The notes under the pieces are model-generated. The model was not told the DNA's origin, ran no database searches, and was given only the letters and a program-made list of their open reading frames with translations. The translations under genes were made by a program, and so were the position numbers. Shown in pieces: positions 24,685 to 34,478 of a DNA stretch of 62,296 bases (its first letter is position 1; the number at the start of each line of letters is the position of its first letter). The DNA comes from Candidatus Omnitrophota bacterium (GTDB lineage: Bacteria; Omnitrophota; Gorgyraeia; VGKH01; JBHPFN01), in NCBI GenBank assembly GCA_042571725.1, contig JBHPFN010000006.1:1-62296 (forward strand). The letters are read 5' to 3'.

Positions 24685-26313
24685 ATGCAATTTAACCCCT
24701 TTTCAATTCCTCCACTTATTGGCAGCAGCATTCTATTTTTTTTAACAATTTTTGTTTACTTAAAGAACCCAAGATCTCTTGTTAATATTAGTTTTTCCTT
24801 GCTTTGTATAAGTGTTTTTATCTGGCTAATCGCTGACTCCGTTCTTTTTTCTCTAAAAGAGGCTCGTTACGTAATTCTTTTTACCCGATTGGTTTATATT
24901 GGAGTTACAGCGATACCAATAACGGGCCTTCTTTTTGTATTTTGTTTACTAAAAAGAAATTTGAAACAATATAAATTTCTATTTGGAGGCTTAATAGCTG
25001 CATATTGCATCGTGCTCTTGTTAATTTTTGAAACCAAGCTCCTTGTCTCTGGAAGCTATGAATTCTTCTGGGGCTATTACCCGAAAGCAGGCAAATGGCA
25101 TTTCATATATATGGCTTTGTGGCTTTCTTTATATTTAAAAACAATGTATTTAACTTACATCCACGGATATAGAAATATTGCAAATTTATATACTAAAGAG
25201 GAGTGCAACAGAATCAAATACGGCTTTTGGATTCTCGTGTTTGGTTGTCTTGGAATAATTGATTTCTTAGCCAAATATGGATTTGAGGTTTACCCCATCG
25301 GCTACATATTCATTCCAATTTTCGCTTTTATCACAGCGTATTCTATAGTAAAGCATCATATTTTAGATATCGAAATAGTCTTGAAAAAAGGCTTGGTCTA
25401 TTCAATATTAGTAGGAATAATCACCATCATTTACCTTCTTTTGGTTGTCTTAGTTGAAAAGCTATTACAAGGCATGATGGGATACCAATCAATAGTTATA
25501 AGTGCTGCTGCTGCTCTGGTTATAGCGCTATTATTTATTCCTCTCAAAAACAAGATCCAGAATTTTGTAGATAGAGTGTTCTTTAAAGGAACATTTTCTC
25601 AGATTGCCCAAGAAAAGGAGCTAATGCAGCAAGAGCTTGAGCGTTCTGAGCGGCTCAAGGCGGTTGCTACCCTTGCCTCGGGCATGGCACACGAGATAAA
25701 AAACCCATTGACTGCTATAAAGACGTTTAGTGAATATCTGCCAGAGAAAAAGGATGATGCTGAATTTTTGAATAAGTTCTCAAAGATAGTCGGCAGCGAA
25801 GTAGATAGGATCGACTCGCTAGTGCATCAATTGCTTGATTTTGCTAAGCCTGCACCTTTAAAGCTACAGAAAATAAATATTAATGTGCTTCTCGATGAAA
25901 CCCTTACTATATTAAACAATGAATTTATTAAGCATAAAATTACCGTGACCAAGGAACTCACGCTCACGAATAACCGGAAAATTCAAGCAGACCTTAATCA
26001 ATTGAAGCAGGCCTTTTTAAATTTATTCCTCAATGCGATAGATTCAATGCCTAAAGGTGGATCGCTTATCGTAAGAACGCTTAGGCAGACAACTACTAAA
26101 CAATCTATCGAGATCGCAATCAGCGATACCGGATGCGGGATCTCTAAAAAAGATTTACCTCGTCTCTTCGACCCGTTTTTCTCTACGAAAGAAAACGGAG
26201 CGGGCTTAGGACTTTCTATTACGCATGAAATCATCAAAAACCACGGCGGGAAAATTCGTGTAGAAAGCAAAAACGGCAAAGGTTCAACTTTTATGGTGGA
26301 ATTACCTGCTTAG
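24685..26313 (+). CDS. sensor histidine kinase with N-terminal multi-TM (7TM-type) domain
   Basis: About 7 TM helices; H-box 'HEIKNPLTAI'; HATPase 'DTGCGI...GAGLGLSI'. Confidence 0.85.
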   Translation: MQFNPFSIPPLIGSSILFFLTIFVYLKNPRSLVNISFSLLCISVFIWLIADSVLFSLKEARYVILFTRLVYIGVTAIPITGLLFVFCLLKRNLKQYKFLFGGLIAAYCIVLLLIFETKLLVSGSYEFFWGYYPKAGKWHFIYMALWLSLYLKTMYLTYIHGYRNIANLYTKEECNRIKYGFWILVFGCLGIIDFLAKYGFEVYPIGYIFIPIFAFITAYSIVKHHILDIEIVLKKGLVYSILVGIITIIYLLLVVLVEKLLQGMMGYQSIVISAAAALVIALLFIPLKNKIQNFVDRVFFKGTFSQIAQEKELMQQELERSERLKAVATLASGMAHEIKNPLTAIKTFSEYLPEKKDDAEFLNKFSKIVGSEVDRIDSLVHQLLDFAKPAPLKLQKININVLLDETLTILNNEFIKHKITVTKELTLTNNRKIQADLNQLKQAFLNLFLNAIDSMPKGGSLIVRTLRQTTTKQSIEIAISDTGCGISKKDLPRLFDPFFSTKENGAGLGLSITHEIIKNHGGKIRVESKNGKGSTFMVELPA

Positions 26314-27491
26314 ATCTTCCCTTCCTCACACAACTCTAAAAATGCCTTTGCTGCAATAGGAGTGAATTGCGTGCCGCTGCCTTTTTTGATTTCTCCGATT
26401 GCAGTTTCTTTTGGCAGGGCCGGACGGTAGGGCCTGTCGGAAGTCATGGCATCATACACATCGGCAACAGCAATGATCGCGGCAATTAAGGGTATCTCAT
26501 CGCCTTTTAAGCCTTCAGGGTATCCTCTGCCATCATAGCGCTCGTGATGATACTTAACGCCTTTAATAGCTTCTTCTAATTCCTTGATCGGCTGCAGGAT
26601 TTTTATCCCTTGGATTGGATGGGATTTAATTTTTGCAAACTCCTCATCGGTGAGCTTTCCCGGCTTATTTAAGACTGCCTCAGGGATCGCAATCTTTCCG
26701 ATGTCGTGTAATAAACTTGCGATATGTAGATTCTCTAAGAATTTCTGCGGGAGATTAATCTCTTTATAGGTAAGCACTTTCTCGGCGATGAGCAGCGAGT
26801 ATTTCGTGACTCGCTCAGTGTGACCACCGGTATAGTGGTCTTTGGCTTCGATTGCCTCTGCTAAGGCAACCGTAGTATTGATAAACAGTTCGTGGTTAAT
26901 CTTGACCTCGCTCTGCAGATCTTCAAACAGCTGTGCATTGCGAATAGCCATGGCTACGTCATAGGCAAGGGCAACAAAGAAATCTAACTCTCCTTTAAAA
27001 AACTTTTTCTGTGTATTTTTTCTACCTAAAATCAGTACGCCTAAAAGCTCCTTACGGTAATAGCTGGGGATGCATACCCTTGCCGCAAAAAGCTCCATTT
27101 GTGTTTTGACCTCATGCAGAAGTTCGTCGATGCCCTTTTCTTTCTTGATTACCTGATCCTTCCAAATAATGTTATTGATGTTATCATAAACCAAGGCGCC
27201 GCCGTCTTTGCTTAATAAATATTCTTTCTGTAATTTAAAAAATTTGATTAAAGCGTTATTGTTGTCAATGCGTGCGTAGCCCGCCGGGATCTTTATCCCC
27301 TGCTCGCCGCGGGAAACTGTTAAGACATAGGATTCTTTGAGCTTATCATAAAGAAGTATCCCGGCGTGGGTGACGCCGATTTTTCTATTCATCATACGCA
27401 CGACCATCCTAATCAAGGATTTAGGGTCATGCACCAAGATCATGGTTTTGGCTGCTGTTTCTAATTCTTTTTTGTAATCTAAATGTGTCAT
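26310..27491 (-). CDS. GAF plus HD-GYP domain protein (c-di-GMP phosphodiesterase family)
   Basis: 'HDIGKIAIP', 'HHERYDGRGYP'; N-terminal GAF-like region. Confidence 0.85.
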   Translation of the reverse strand: MTHLDYKKELETAAKTMILVHDPKSLIRMVVRMMNRKIGVTHAGILLYDKLKESYVLTVSRGEQGIKIPAGYARIDNNNALIKFFKLQKEYLLSKDGGALVYDNINNIIWKDQVIKKEKGIDELLHEVKTQMELFAARVCIPSYYRKELLGVLILGRKNTQKKFFKGELDFFVALAYDVAMAIRNAQLFEDLQSEVKINHELFINTTVALAEAIEAKDHYTGGHTERVTKYSLLIAEKVLTYKEINLPQKFLENLHIASLLHDIGKIAIPEAVLNKPGKLTDEEFAKIKSHPIQGIKILQPIKELEEAIKGVKYHHERYDGRGYPEGLKGDEIPLIAAIIAVADVYDAMTSDRPYRPALPKETAIGEIKKGSGTQFTPIAAKAFLELCEEGKI

Positions 27492-27493
27492 AG

Positions 27494-27850
27494 CTAGGTC
27501 AATTCTTTTAAAACAACACCCTCCAATTCATCCAGTATTAATGGCTTATGGACATAGTTGAGCGCGCCCCGTTGCTTTGCGGTTTCCATGGCCTCGGGTT
27601 CATCGACGCCGGTGACCATAATAACCTTTATGGCGCTGTCGATCTTCTTTATCTCCCCTAGCACATCCAAGCCACTCATGTCTTCCATGCGGATATCGAG
27701 CAATACCAACTGGGGCTTCTGCTCTTTGATCATTGCAATGGCTTCGTTGCCTCCGGATGCGGTTGCGGTATCGATATTTCTTTTCAGAAAAAAGTTCTTA
27801 GCGAATTCACGTACGTCTTGTTCATCGTCGACGATTAATAATTTCGGCAT
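27494..27850 (-). CDS. response regulator, receiver domain only
   Basis: Start at MPKLLIVDDEQD (ATG 27850, AGGAGGA SD); 'LVLLDIRMEDMSG', 'VIMVTG'. Confidence 0.8.
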   Translation of the reverse strand: MPKLLIVDDEQDVREFAKNFFLKRNIDTATASGGNEAIAMIKEQKPQLVLLDIRMEDMSGLDVLGEIKKIDSAIKVIMVTGVDEPEAMETAKQRGALNYVHKPLILDELEGVVLKELT

Positions 27851-27875
27851 ATCTTCCTCCTTTAATGAGCGCAAA

Positions 27876-30062
27876 CTACTCTTTTGCTGCCGGTAACTTA
27901 ATGGTAAACATCGTTCCTGTGCCGAATTCTGACTCCACATTAACCCGGCCTTTGTGGTTATCAACAATGATCTTCTGAATTACGTACAACCCTAAACCCG
28001 TTCCTTTCTTGCTGGATGCCTTGGTAGTAAAGAACGGTGTAAACAGCCGCTCCTGATCAACATCCTTTACGCCCATGCCGTTATCGATGAAGCGTATCTC
28101 AATGATAGAATCCGTTGCCACTGCCTGGATAGTAACATTACCCCTATAGTTAGGATCTTTTACCTCGTCTCTTCTCTGCATAATAGCATCGTAGGCATTG
28201 TCAATCAAGTTAAAGAAGACTTCTTGGAGCTGGACAAAGTTTCCTTTTATGCAAACAATGTCCTTGGGGTAATCACGTATTAAATCAATTTGGCTGAGCT
28301 TTACCTTATACTGGGCCATGCCTAAAGAGGCGTCAATAAGCTCATCAAGATTTATCGGTTTAAAACCAGATTCACCTGCCCGGGAATATTTTAACAAACC
28401 ATGCACAACCTCCCCGCCCTGCTTGACGTTTTCCTTTACCCTCTCTAAGGCATGACGGATTTGCTGGATGACTTCGCGTATCTGCTCAGGCGAAGAGCTT
28501 TCATTAAGCAACCTTATCGTATCTAAGGTATCTGCTGCAATCATGCCTAAGGCGTGAAAACGGTTGTTAATCTGATGCGAGAGGCCGTCTGCCATGGTAC
28601 CGATAGTAGTCATCTTCTCTGCCTGGAATAGCTGCGTTTGAGTTTCCTTTATATCTTCGTAAAACTGGGCGTTTTCAATTGCTAAAGCTGATTGATTTGC
28701 CAACACTGCGAATACTGCCAGGTCATCAGGAGAATAAAACTTTCCAGAAATCTTCTCTCCTAAAACAATAAAGCCCAGCAAATCTTCTTCTACCAAGCTA
28801 GGCACTACTACAGCAGCGTTTAAAGATTCCATCTGTTTTTGTATAGTGAGCAAGCGTGAGTCATTAAAATCTTCTGCTTGCTGCTTTATCTCTTCATAGA
28901 CAAGCGGTTCTTGCGCTTTCTTTAAGGCCTTTATCAATGAAGAGTCTTCTTTAATCTCAAACTGCGGCGGTGATTTTTTCTTGTCTCTAAACGCTTGCAG
29001 AGTAAATGTATGATTTTTAGGATCTACAAGGTATATAGAACAGCGCTTTATACGGACAGTGCGGGTTACGATATGGACAATCAAATTAAGCAGCTTCTTA
29101 AGATCTCTAATCCTAGTCATACCACTCGATGCCTGTCGCAGGGTACGCTGATACCTCCTCTGCTCTCTTAATAAGGCATCCTCAGCTCTGCGTTGAATGT
29201 AGAGATAGATAAACGGCCCGACTGTTGCCAAAAATGTAGACATTGCCAAAGGTCCAATCCACCAGTTTTGACCGAGCAAAAGAATTAGATATTTTCTGAA
29301 AGCAAAAGCTGTGATAAACGGTGTCCCTAAAACTAATGAATATACAATGACAAAAATACCTGTACGGGTAACTGCCAAAGAGATATCCATCAGTCGATAT
29401 CTAATAATGGCATAAGTAGCAATAATGCAATAGATAGGAATAAGGAAATTACCTAAGTGCATCGGAGGAATATTAATACCAAATATTGGCATGAGAGTTG
29501 CCGTTCCACCTGCAAAACCAATCATTGAGCCCAAACTAAGATATAAAGCTTGATTGCGCTTTATGCCTGAAGTTTTTCTGTAATAACTTACTAATTCGAT
29601 GTTGCCCAATAAGGCGAAAACCAGCCAAGGTAAAAAACATAACGGATAAATAAAATTCGTTGCGAGTGGATAATAAAGATTTATTTCATGGAAAAAATTA
29701 ACATTCGAAAAAAGAATATTTGTAAAATTCAAAGTTACTAAAATCATAAAATAGAAATAAGCAAAAGAAATTGTTTTATTTCTCTTTAGTAAACAAAATG
29801 AAGAAACCATATGATAGAAAGAAATTGAAATAAACAACCCACTTAAGTGCGCGATCTTCCAATAAAAAATTGCCTGAGCTTCAGAAGTTGACCTTCCTAC
29901 TAAAAATATTCCTATCCCCCAAAGAAAAAGAATGCAATTGAATACCCCCCACAAAAGATGCACTCTACTTTTTCCGCGAGAAGAAAGAATAAGTATTAAA
30001 AAGAAAGAGGTGAAAGTAACACATAATCCTGACAACGAAAATAAATTAATTTGTAGTGTCAT
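27876..30062 (-). CDS. sensor histidine kinase: multi-TM N-terminus, GAF, HisKA, HATPase
   Basis: About 7 TM helices; GAF-like 'LLGFIVLGEK'; 'DGLSHQINN' H-box; 'GTGLGLYV'. Confidence 0.85.
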   Translation of the reverse strand: MTLQINLFSLSGLCVTFTSFFLILILSSRGKSRVHLLWGVFNCILFLWGIGIFLVGRSTSEAQAIFYWKIAHLSGLFISISFYHMVSSFCLLKRNKTISFAYFYFMILVTLNFTNILFSNVNFFHEINLYYPLATNFIYPLCFLPWLVFALLGNIELVSYYRKTSGIKRNQALYLSLGSMIGFAGGTATLMPIFGINIPPMHLGNFLIPIYCIIATYAIIRYRLMDISLAVTRTGIFVIVYSLVLGTPFITAFAFRKYLILLLGQNWWIGPLAMSTFLATVGPFIYLYIQRRAEDALLREQRRYQRTLRQASSGMTRIRDLKKLLNLIVHIVTRTVRIKRCSIYLVDPKNHTFTLQAFRDKKKSPPQFEIKEDSSLIKALKKAQEPLVYEEIKQQAEDFNDSRLLTIQKQMESLNAAVVVPSLVEEDLLGFIVLGEKISGKFYSPDDLAVFAVLANQSALAIENAQFYEDIKETQTQLFQAEKMTTIGTMADGLSHQINNRFHALGMIAADTLDTIRLLNESSSPEQIREVIQQIRHALERVKENVKQGGEVVHGLLKYSRAGESGFKPINLDELIDASLGMAQYKVKLSQIDLIRDYPKDIVCIKGNFVQLQEVFFNLIDNAYDAIMQRRDEVKDPNYRGNVTIQAVATDSIIEIRFIDNGMGVKDVDQERLFTPFFTTKASSKKGTGLGLYVIQKIIVDNHKGRVNVESEFGTGTMFTIKLPAAKE

Positions 30063-31468
30063 CTCTTCTTTTCTTTCTTAAGGATTAAATCTGAAATTGC
30101 CAGCCCATTGTAAACAACCCCCCTTATGCCATGGGCCACAGTAGTCCAATGGCCTACAAGATACAAATTGGAGAAAAAAGCCTTCTTCATAAAATTTGAA
30201 ACAAAAACTTGCCTTGGCATAGACGCCCAACCATAAGCTGCTCCTTCGTAATTCTGAGTCCATTTAAATAACGTGTAAGGAGTGGCAGCTTCTTTAAAAA
30301 CAACATGGCCAGAAAGGTCATCAATCAGACTTCTAGCTTTATCAATCAAAACTGAAGTCATTTCGTCTTTCGCTTTTTCCCAATAATCATGATTTTCAAA
30401 ATTAGCATTAACAAAAACCATCAAGCTTCTTTTTTCAGGGAGAACTCTAATCATGAATTCTGCTAAATTTTTTGCCTTCCTTCTCTTTGCGCTGCGATAC
30501 ATCTTTTCTACGTTATAGTAGGGTAAATACCAAATATTTGAGCATGCCGGGAGCTTAACATTCGTGTTCTTGCTTAAACCTAAATACAGAATAAACATTG
30601 AAAGAGATGGAATCATTTTTCTGAGCTGCCTTTTCAATAAATGTCCTACATGACAATTCTCAATTAGACTAAAAAACGTTTGCATAGCATCGCAATTCGA
30701 TACAACATGCTTAGCTGTTACAAAATTGCCCTTGGCGAATTCAACGCCAACTGCTTTCTTATCTTTAATTACTATCTTACTTACCGAGTTAGATAATAAT
30801 AAATTCCCTCCACACTCAATGAATTTTTTGGCCAAATTATTCGATAGGCTCTGCATTCCTCCCTCTGGATAATAACCACCGTCAAGCAAAAACTCTCTAT
30901 AGAGCAGAGTAGCAGAAAAGCTAGAAATTAAAGATGACGGCAAGCCAGCGTTTCCTAATAAAGGAAATGACAAAATAGATTTTAACTTATTATTCTTGAA
31001 GAATTCATCTAGAACTACTTTAAAAGGCTTATATCGTAACTTGAAAAGCGATTCGTTGCTAGAATTCGATAAGAAATTAAAAAAAGATGAAATGTTCTTT
31101 GATTCATCTGGAAAACAGCGTTGAAACTCCCTAATTGTTTTGTTAGAATCGGCATCAAAATTTATTTTGAAATCAGGCGTAACGATAATATCTGATGGAG
31201 TGTGACGATTTAAGCGAATTTCGTTTACTAAGTCTAAATCGTCGAAAAGTTTTCTTAATATGCCTCCTTGCCTAAAACCCCCAAGAGAATGCGCGCAAGC
31301 ATCAAACTTAAAGTTTTTCCTTTTAAAAGAAGTGCAGTATCCACCTGGCTGAAAATTCTTTTCTACAATTAAAACGTCAAGTCCTTTTTTTGCAAGATAG
31401 CAACCGCAGACTAAACCGCCAAGCCCTGCTCCTATTATAACTACATCATAATTCTTAATTTTAGTCAT
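30059..31468 (-). CDS. FAD-dependent oxidoreductase, phytoene-desaturase (CrtI)/amine-oxidase family
   Basis: 'DVVIIGAGLGGLVCGCYLAKKGLDVLIVEKNFQPGGYC' dinucleotide-binding motif; ~470 aa, typical of CrtI-like enzymes. Confidence 0.7.
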   Translation of the reverse strand: MTKIKNYDVVIIGAGLGGLVCGCYLAKKGLDVLIVEKNFQPGGYCTSFKRKNFKFDACAHSLGGFRQGGILRKLFDDLDLVNEIRLNRHTPSDIIVTPDFKINFDADSNKTIREFQRCFPDESKNISSFFNFLSNSSNESLFKLRYKPFKVVLDEFFKNNKLKSILSFPLLGNAGLPSSLISSFSATLLYREFLLDGGYYPEGGMQSLSNNLAKKFIECGGNLLLSNSVSKIVIKDKKAVGVEFAKGNFVTAKHVVSNCDAMQTFFSLIENCHVGHLLKRQLRKMIPSLSMFILYLGLSKNTNVKLPACSNIWYLPYYNVEKMYRSAKRRKAKNLAEFMIRVLPEKRSLMVFVNANFENHDYWEKAKDEMTSVLIDKARSLIDDLSGHVVFKEAATPYTLFKWTQNYEGAAYGWASMPRQVFVSNFMKKAFFSNLYLVGHWTTVAHGIRGVVYNGLAISDLILKKEKKR

Positions 31469-32771
31469 ACTTTTTGAATATTACTGACCCATTATAACCT
31501 GCAAAGCCACACGATAACTTCATAACGATATTAAGTTGCTTCTTAATCAAAGCCTTAACTAGTGCAATATGATACTTATCTTCTACATCATCGCAGTTTA
31601 ATGTAGGAGGAACTATTCCTTTTTGCATTGATAAGAGAGTTATTATCGTTTCGGCAATAGCACTCCCACCCAAGTTATGTCCAATGAATGGTTTAAAGGC
31701 CGAAACCAAATTTTTTGGCTTTTTTCCAAAAATTTCCGTTATGGCCTTTGCTTCATAAGCATCGGTAACTTTAATCCCTACACCATGAGGATTAATTAAA
31801 GAAATATCTTTCGGTCTTAAATCACTACTATCCAGGGCCTGTTTTATAGCTTTTTGATACGATAAACTTCCCGGCAAAGGCAAAGTTACTTTCCAGCCTT
31901 CCAAAGAAAAGCCTCCGCTTAAATACTCAGCATAAATTTTTGCTTTTCTAGACAAGGCATGTTCTAATTCTTCAAAAACCATAGCATAAGCACCATCTCC
32001 CAATGCTATGCCATTGGCTTTTTTTGAAAAAGGCTTTATTTTTCCGTCCTCTGCGTACATTCCTCGCGTCTTAAACCATAAGTGTTTAAACATTGTACAC
32101 GAAAAATCACCCCCTGCAACTATAGCAATTTTGCTCTTTCCGTACTTAATTTGATTTACTGCGGCATCCATGGCGAATAAACCAGAGGCGCAGGCATTAT
32201 TTGTAAATAAAGAATAGCCGTGTATCCCAAAAGCCTTCGCGATTAGAAACAAATACATAAATGTCTGCAGGTCATAACCATGCTGAACAAATTTTTCATA
32301 TAAATGACTGAAGGTATCTTTTTTTGAGAAATCTTTCTTTGAAGCAATTTGCTTTTCCAGAAATTCCAAGGTTTCTTCTAGCAAGCCCTGGCAAAAAGAC
32401 TCAAATCCGGGATGCTCCGCAGTCAAAAAAATACCAACATCATCGCTGTCAGCATTGATTAAAGATAATTTACTATCGTCAAGGGCTAATTTAATTGATG
32501 CCAAAAGGTAAAGCAATAACCTATCTTCTCTATGACCCTTCCATGATTTAATGTCTTCAATTATCCTTTCGTCTGGAAAGAATTTATCAAAATTAAAATC
32601 GACAACTTTATGCAGCAAAAAGCTATCCCAGACTTCTTTTTTTATTGAAAATTTTTCTTTTTCCAAAACTACCCGTTGTTTCAAAATTGAATCCCAAAAG
32701 ATATCTTTCCCAAATCCTAGTGGAGATACAGGACCTAATCCAGTAACGACAACTCTTCTTTTAACCGACAT
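31461..32771 (-). CDS. divergent beta-ketoacyl synthase (KAS I/II-like)
   Basis: 'RVVVTGLGPVSPLG'; active-site 'NNACASG'; 'NPHGVG' and 'IGHNLGGSA' at the positions of the His-His residues; extra insert relative to FabF. Confidence 0.75.
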   Translation of the reverse strand: MSVKRRVVVTGLGPVSPLGFGKDIFWDSILKQRVVLEKEKFSIKKEVWDSFLLHKVVDFNFDKFFPDERIIEDIKSWKGHREDRLLLYLLASIKLALDDSKLSLINADSDDVGIFLTAEHPGFESFCQGLLEETLEFLEKQIASKKDFSKKDTFSHLYEKFVQHGYDLQTFMYLFLIAKAFGIHGYSLFTNNACASGLFAMDAAVNQIKYGKSKIAIVAGGDFSCTMFKHLWFKTRGMYAEDGKIKPFSKKANGIALGDGAYAMVFEELEHALSRKAKIYAEYLSGGFSLEGWKVTLPLPGSLSYQKAIKQALDSSDLRPKDISLINPHGVGIKVTDAYEAKAITEIFGKKPKNLVSAFKPFIGHNLGGSAIAETIITLLSMQKGIVPPTLNCDDVEDKYHIALVKALIKKQLNIVMKLSCGFAGYNGSVIFKKYD

Positions 32772-32834
32772 ACGCTATCCTTTTTTAATTTGCTATATTA
32801 CTAATAAAGATTTAAAATTAAAATCAACTCTTCT

Positions 32835-34478
32835 TTATATTACAAGTTGCAATTCGATGCAAAATTGTACTCCCTGATTTATTTTACTATTTACTGTTAT
32901 CGAGCCTCCATGATTCTTTATTATCCCTTGAGCAATAATAAGACCTAAGCCGATGCCATCCTTTTTTGTAGTGAAAAAAGGAGTGAAGAGCTTTTGTAAG
33001 TTTTCTTCGGAGATTCCGCCGCCAGTATCTTTAACGCAAATAGTTGCAGATTTAGACGTAGATAGCCGCAGATTAACAGCAATTTCTAGAGTACCAGCTT
33101 CATCCATGGCTTGGATAGAGTTTAAGAATAAGTTCAAAAATACCTGGCGCAGCTGCTCTTCGTCTCCCTTAACAACAACTTCATTACTTTCATAGTCTTT
33201 TTTGACATTAATCGTTTTTAGCTTGAGGCTCTCATCTAATAACGCAAGAGTAGCGTCTATAGTATCAATAATATTAACGGGTCGTAAAGCGGGTTCCTTC
33301 GGTTTGGCTAAGTCCAATAATTGATTCACCACCTTATTAATCCTCTCTATTTCCTGCGGGATAAGGCCTTGGAATTTTTCTCTAAAGTCTTTATCCTGAT
33401 ATTTTTCCGGTAAATACTGAACATAGGTCTTAATCGCTGTTAAAGGGTTTTTAATCTCATGCACAATAGAGCTTGCCAGTTTACCCACGTATGCTAATTT
33501 CTCTGCTTGAAAGAGCTGATCTCTTAAGCGCTCTCTCTCCTGCTCTAAGCTCTCCAGGGTACCTTCAAAAAACTGTCTGTCCAAAAAATGCTGTATTCTA
33601 TCTCGTAAAGGATTAAAAATAAGCGCAATAGCAAATACGGCCATGAGGTTTACTATAAAAGACTGATAACCCACCAACCCCTGAAAAAGCTTTCCCACTC
33701 CAATAACAAAAATTAAATATCCTGCTGTAATTATAGCCACCAAAATTGAATAAACCAAACTTTTTTTAATCGCAATATTTATATCCATAAGGTGATGTCG
33801 CAAAATCGCATAGGAAACTATTAAGCAGTAGATTGGAATAAGAAAATTGCCATAAGGATAAAAGTTGGTTTTAAAAGCTGTTAGAAAATTTAATGAACCA
33901 CCAGAAAAACCGATTATCATTCCAATAAAAAAATAAAGAATTTGATTACGTTTTTGCAAAAAAGTTTTTTTATGTAATTTAAATAACTCAAAATGTCCAA
34001 ATATAACAAAAAATAGCCATATAGAAACGTATAGCATTCCAAATAAAATACCATCAATTTTCTGAACCCACACAGGATAGTAAAAAGAATTAAAAAGATA
34101 ATCGATGCCTATAAATCTTTCGCTAAAAAGAGAAAAAAACAAAAAACAATAGATTATTCCTTGAAAATATGCAAGAATTATAACTTTTCTTTTATAAATT
34201 TCACAAAAAATACTTGCTGTATGATAAAAAAGGATGGGTATGAAAGTTGCTCCCGTAATAGCAAATTTCCAATATAATTTTGCAATCTCTTTATTGTCAG
34301 CGGTTGCCATTAAAAAAGCGCCAAGTCCCCAAACAAAAACTGCTAAATTAAAAAAAATCCATATGCGATGGAGCTTAGTTTTACCAAATTTTATCAAGAT
34401 TAACATAAGCGTAAAACAAATAGCGATAATTAATAAGTTGGAAGTAGTAAATGGATTTAATTGAATGTTATTTATCAC
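32835..34478 (-). CDS. sensor histidine kinase with N-terminal multi-TM domain (paralog of 24685-26313)
   Basis: 'HEIKNPLTAI' H-box, 'DTGGGI', 'GIGLGLII'; 11-nt overlap with fabF. Confidence 0.85.
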   Translation of the reverse strand: MINNIQLNPFTTSNLLIIAICFTLMLILIKFGKTKLHRIWIFFNLAVFVWGLGAFLMATADNKEIAKLYWKFAITGATFIPILFYHTASIFCEIYKRKVIILAYFQGIIYCFLFFSLFSERFIGIDYLFNSFYYPVWVQKIDGILFGMLYVSIWLFFVIFGHFELFKLHKKTFLQKRNQILYFFIGMIIGFSGGSLNFLTAFKTNFYPYGNFLIPIYCLIVSYAILRHHLMDINIAIKKSLVYSILVAIITAGYLIFVIGVGKLFQGLVGYQSFIVNLMAVFAIALIFNPLRDRIQHFLDRQFFEGTLESLEQERERLRDQLFQAEKLAYVGKLASSIVHEIKNPLTAIKTYVQYLPEKYQDKDFREKFQGLIPQEIERINKVVNQLLDLAKPKEPALRPVNIIDTIDATLALLDESLKLKTINVKKDYESNEVVVKGDEEQLRQVFLNLFLNSIQAMDEAGTLEIAVNLRLSTSKSATICVKDTGGGISEENLQKLFTPFFTTKKDGIGLGLIIAQGIIKNHGGSITVNSKINQGVQFCIELQLVI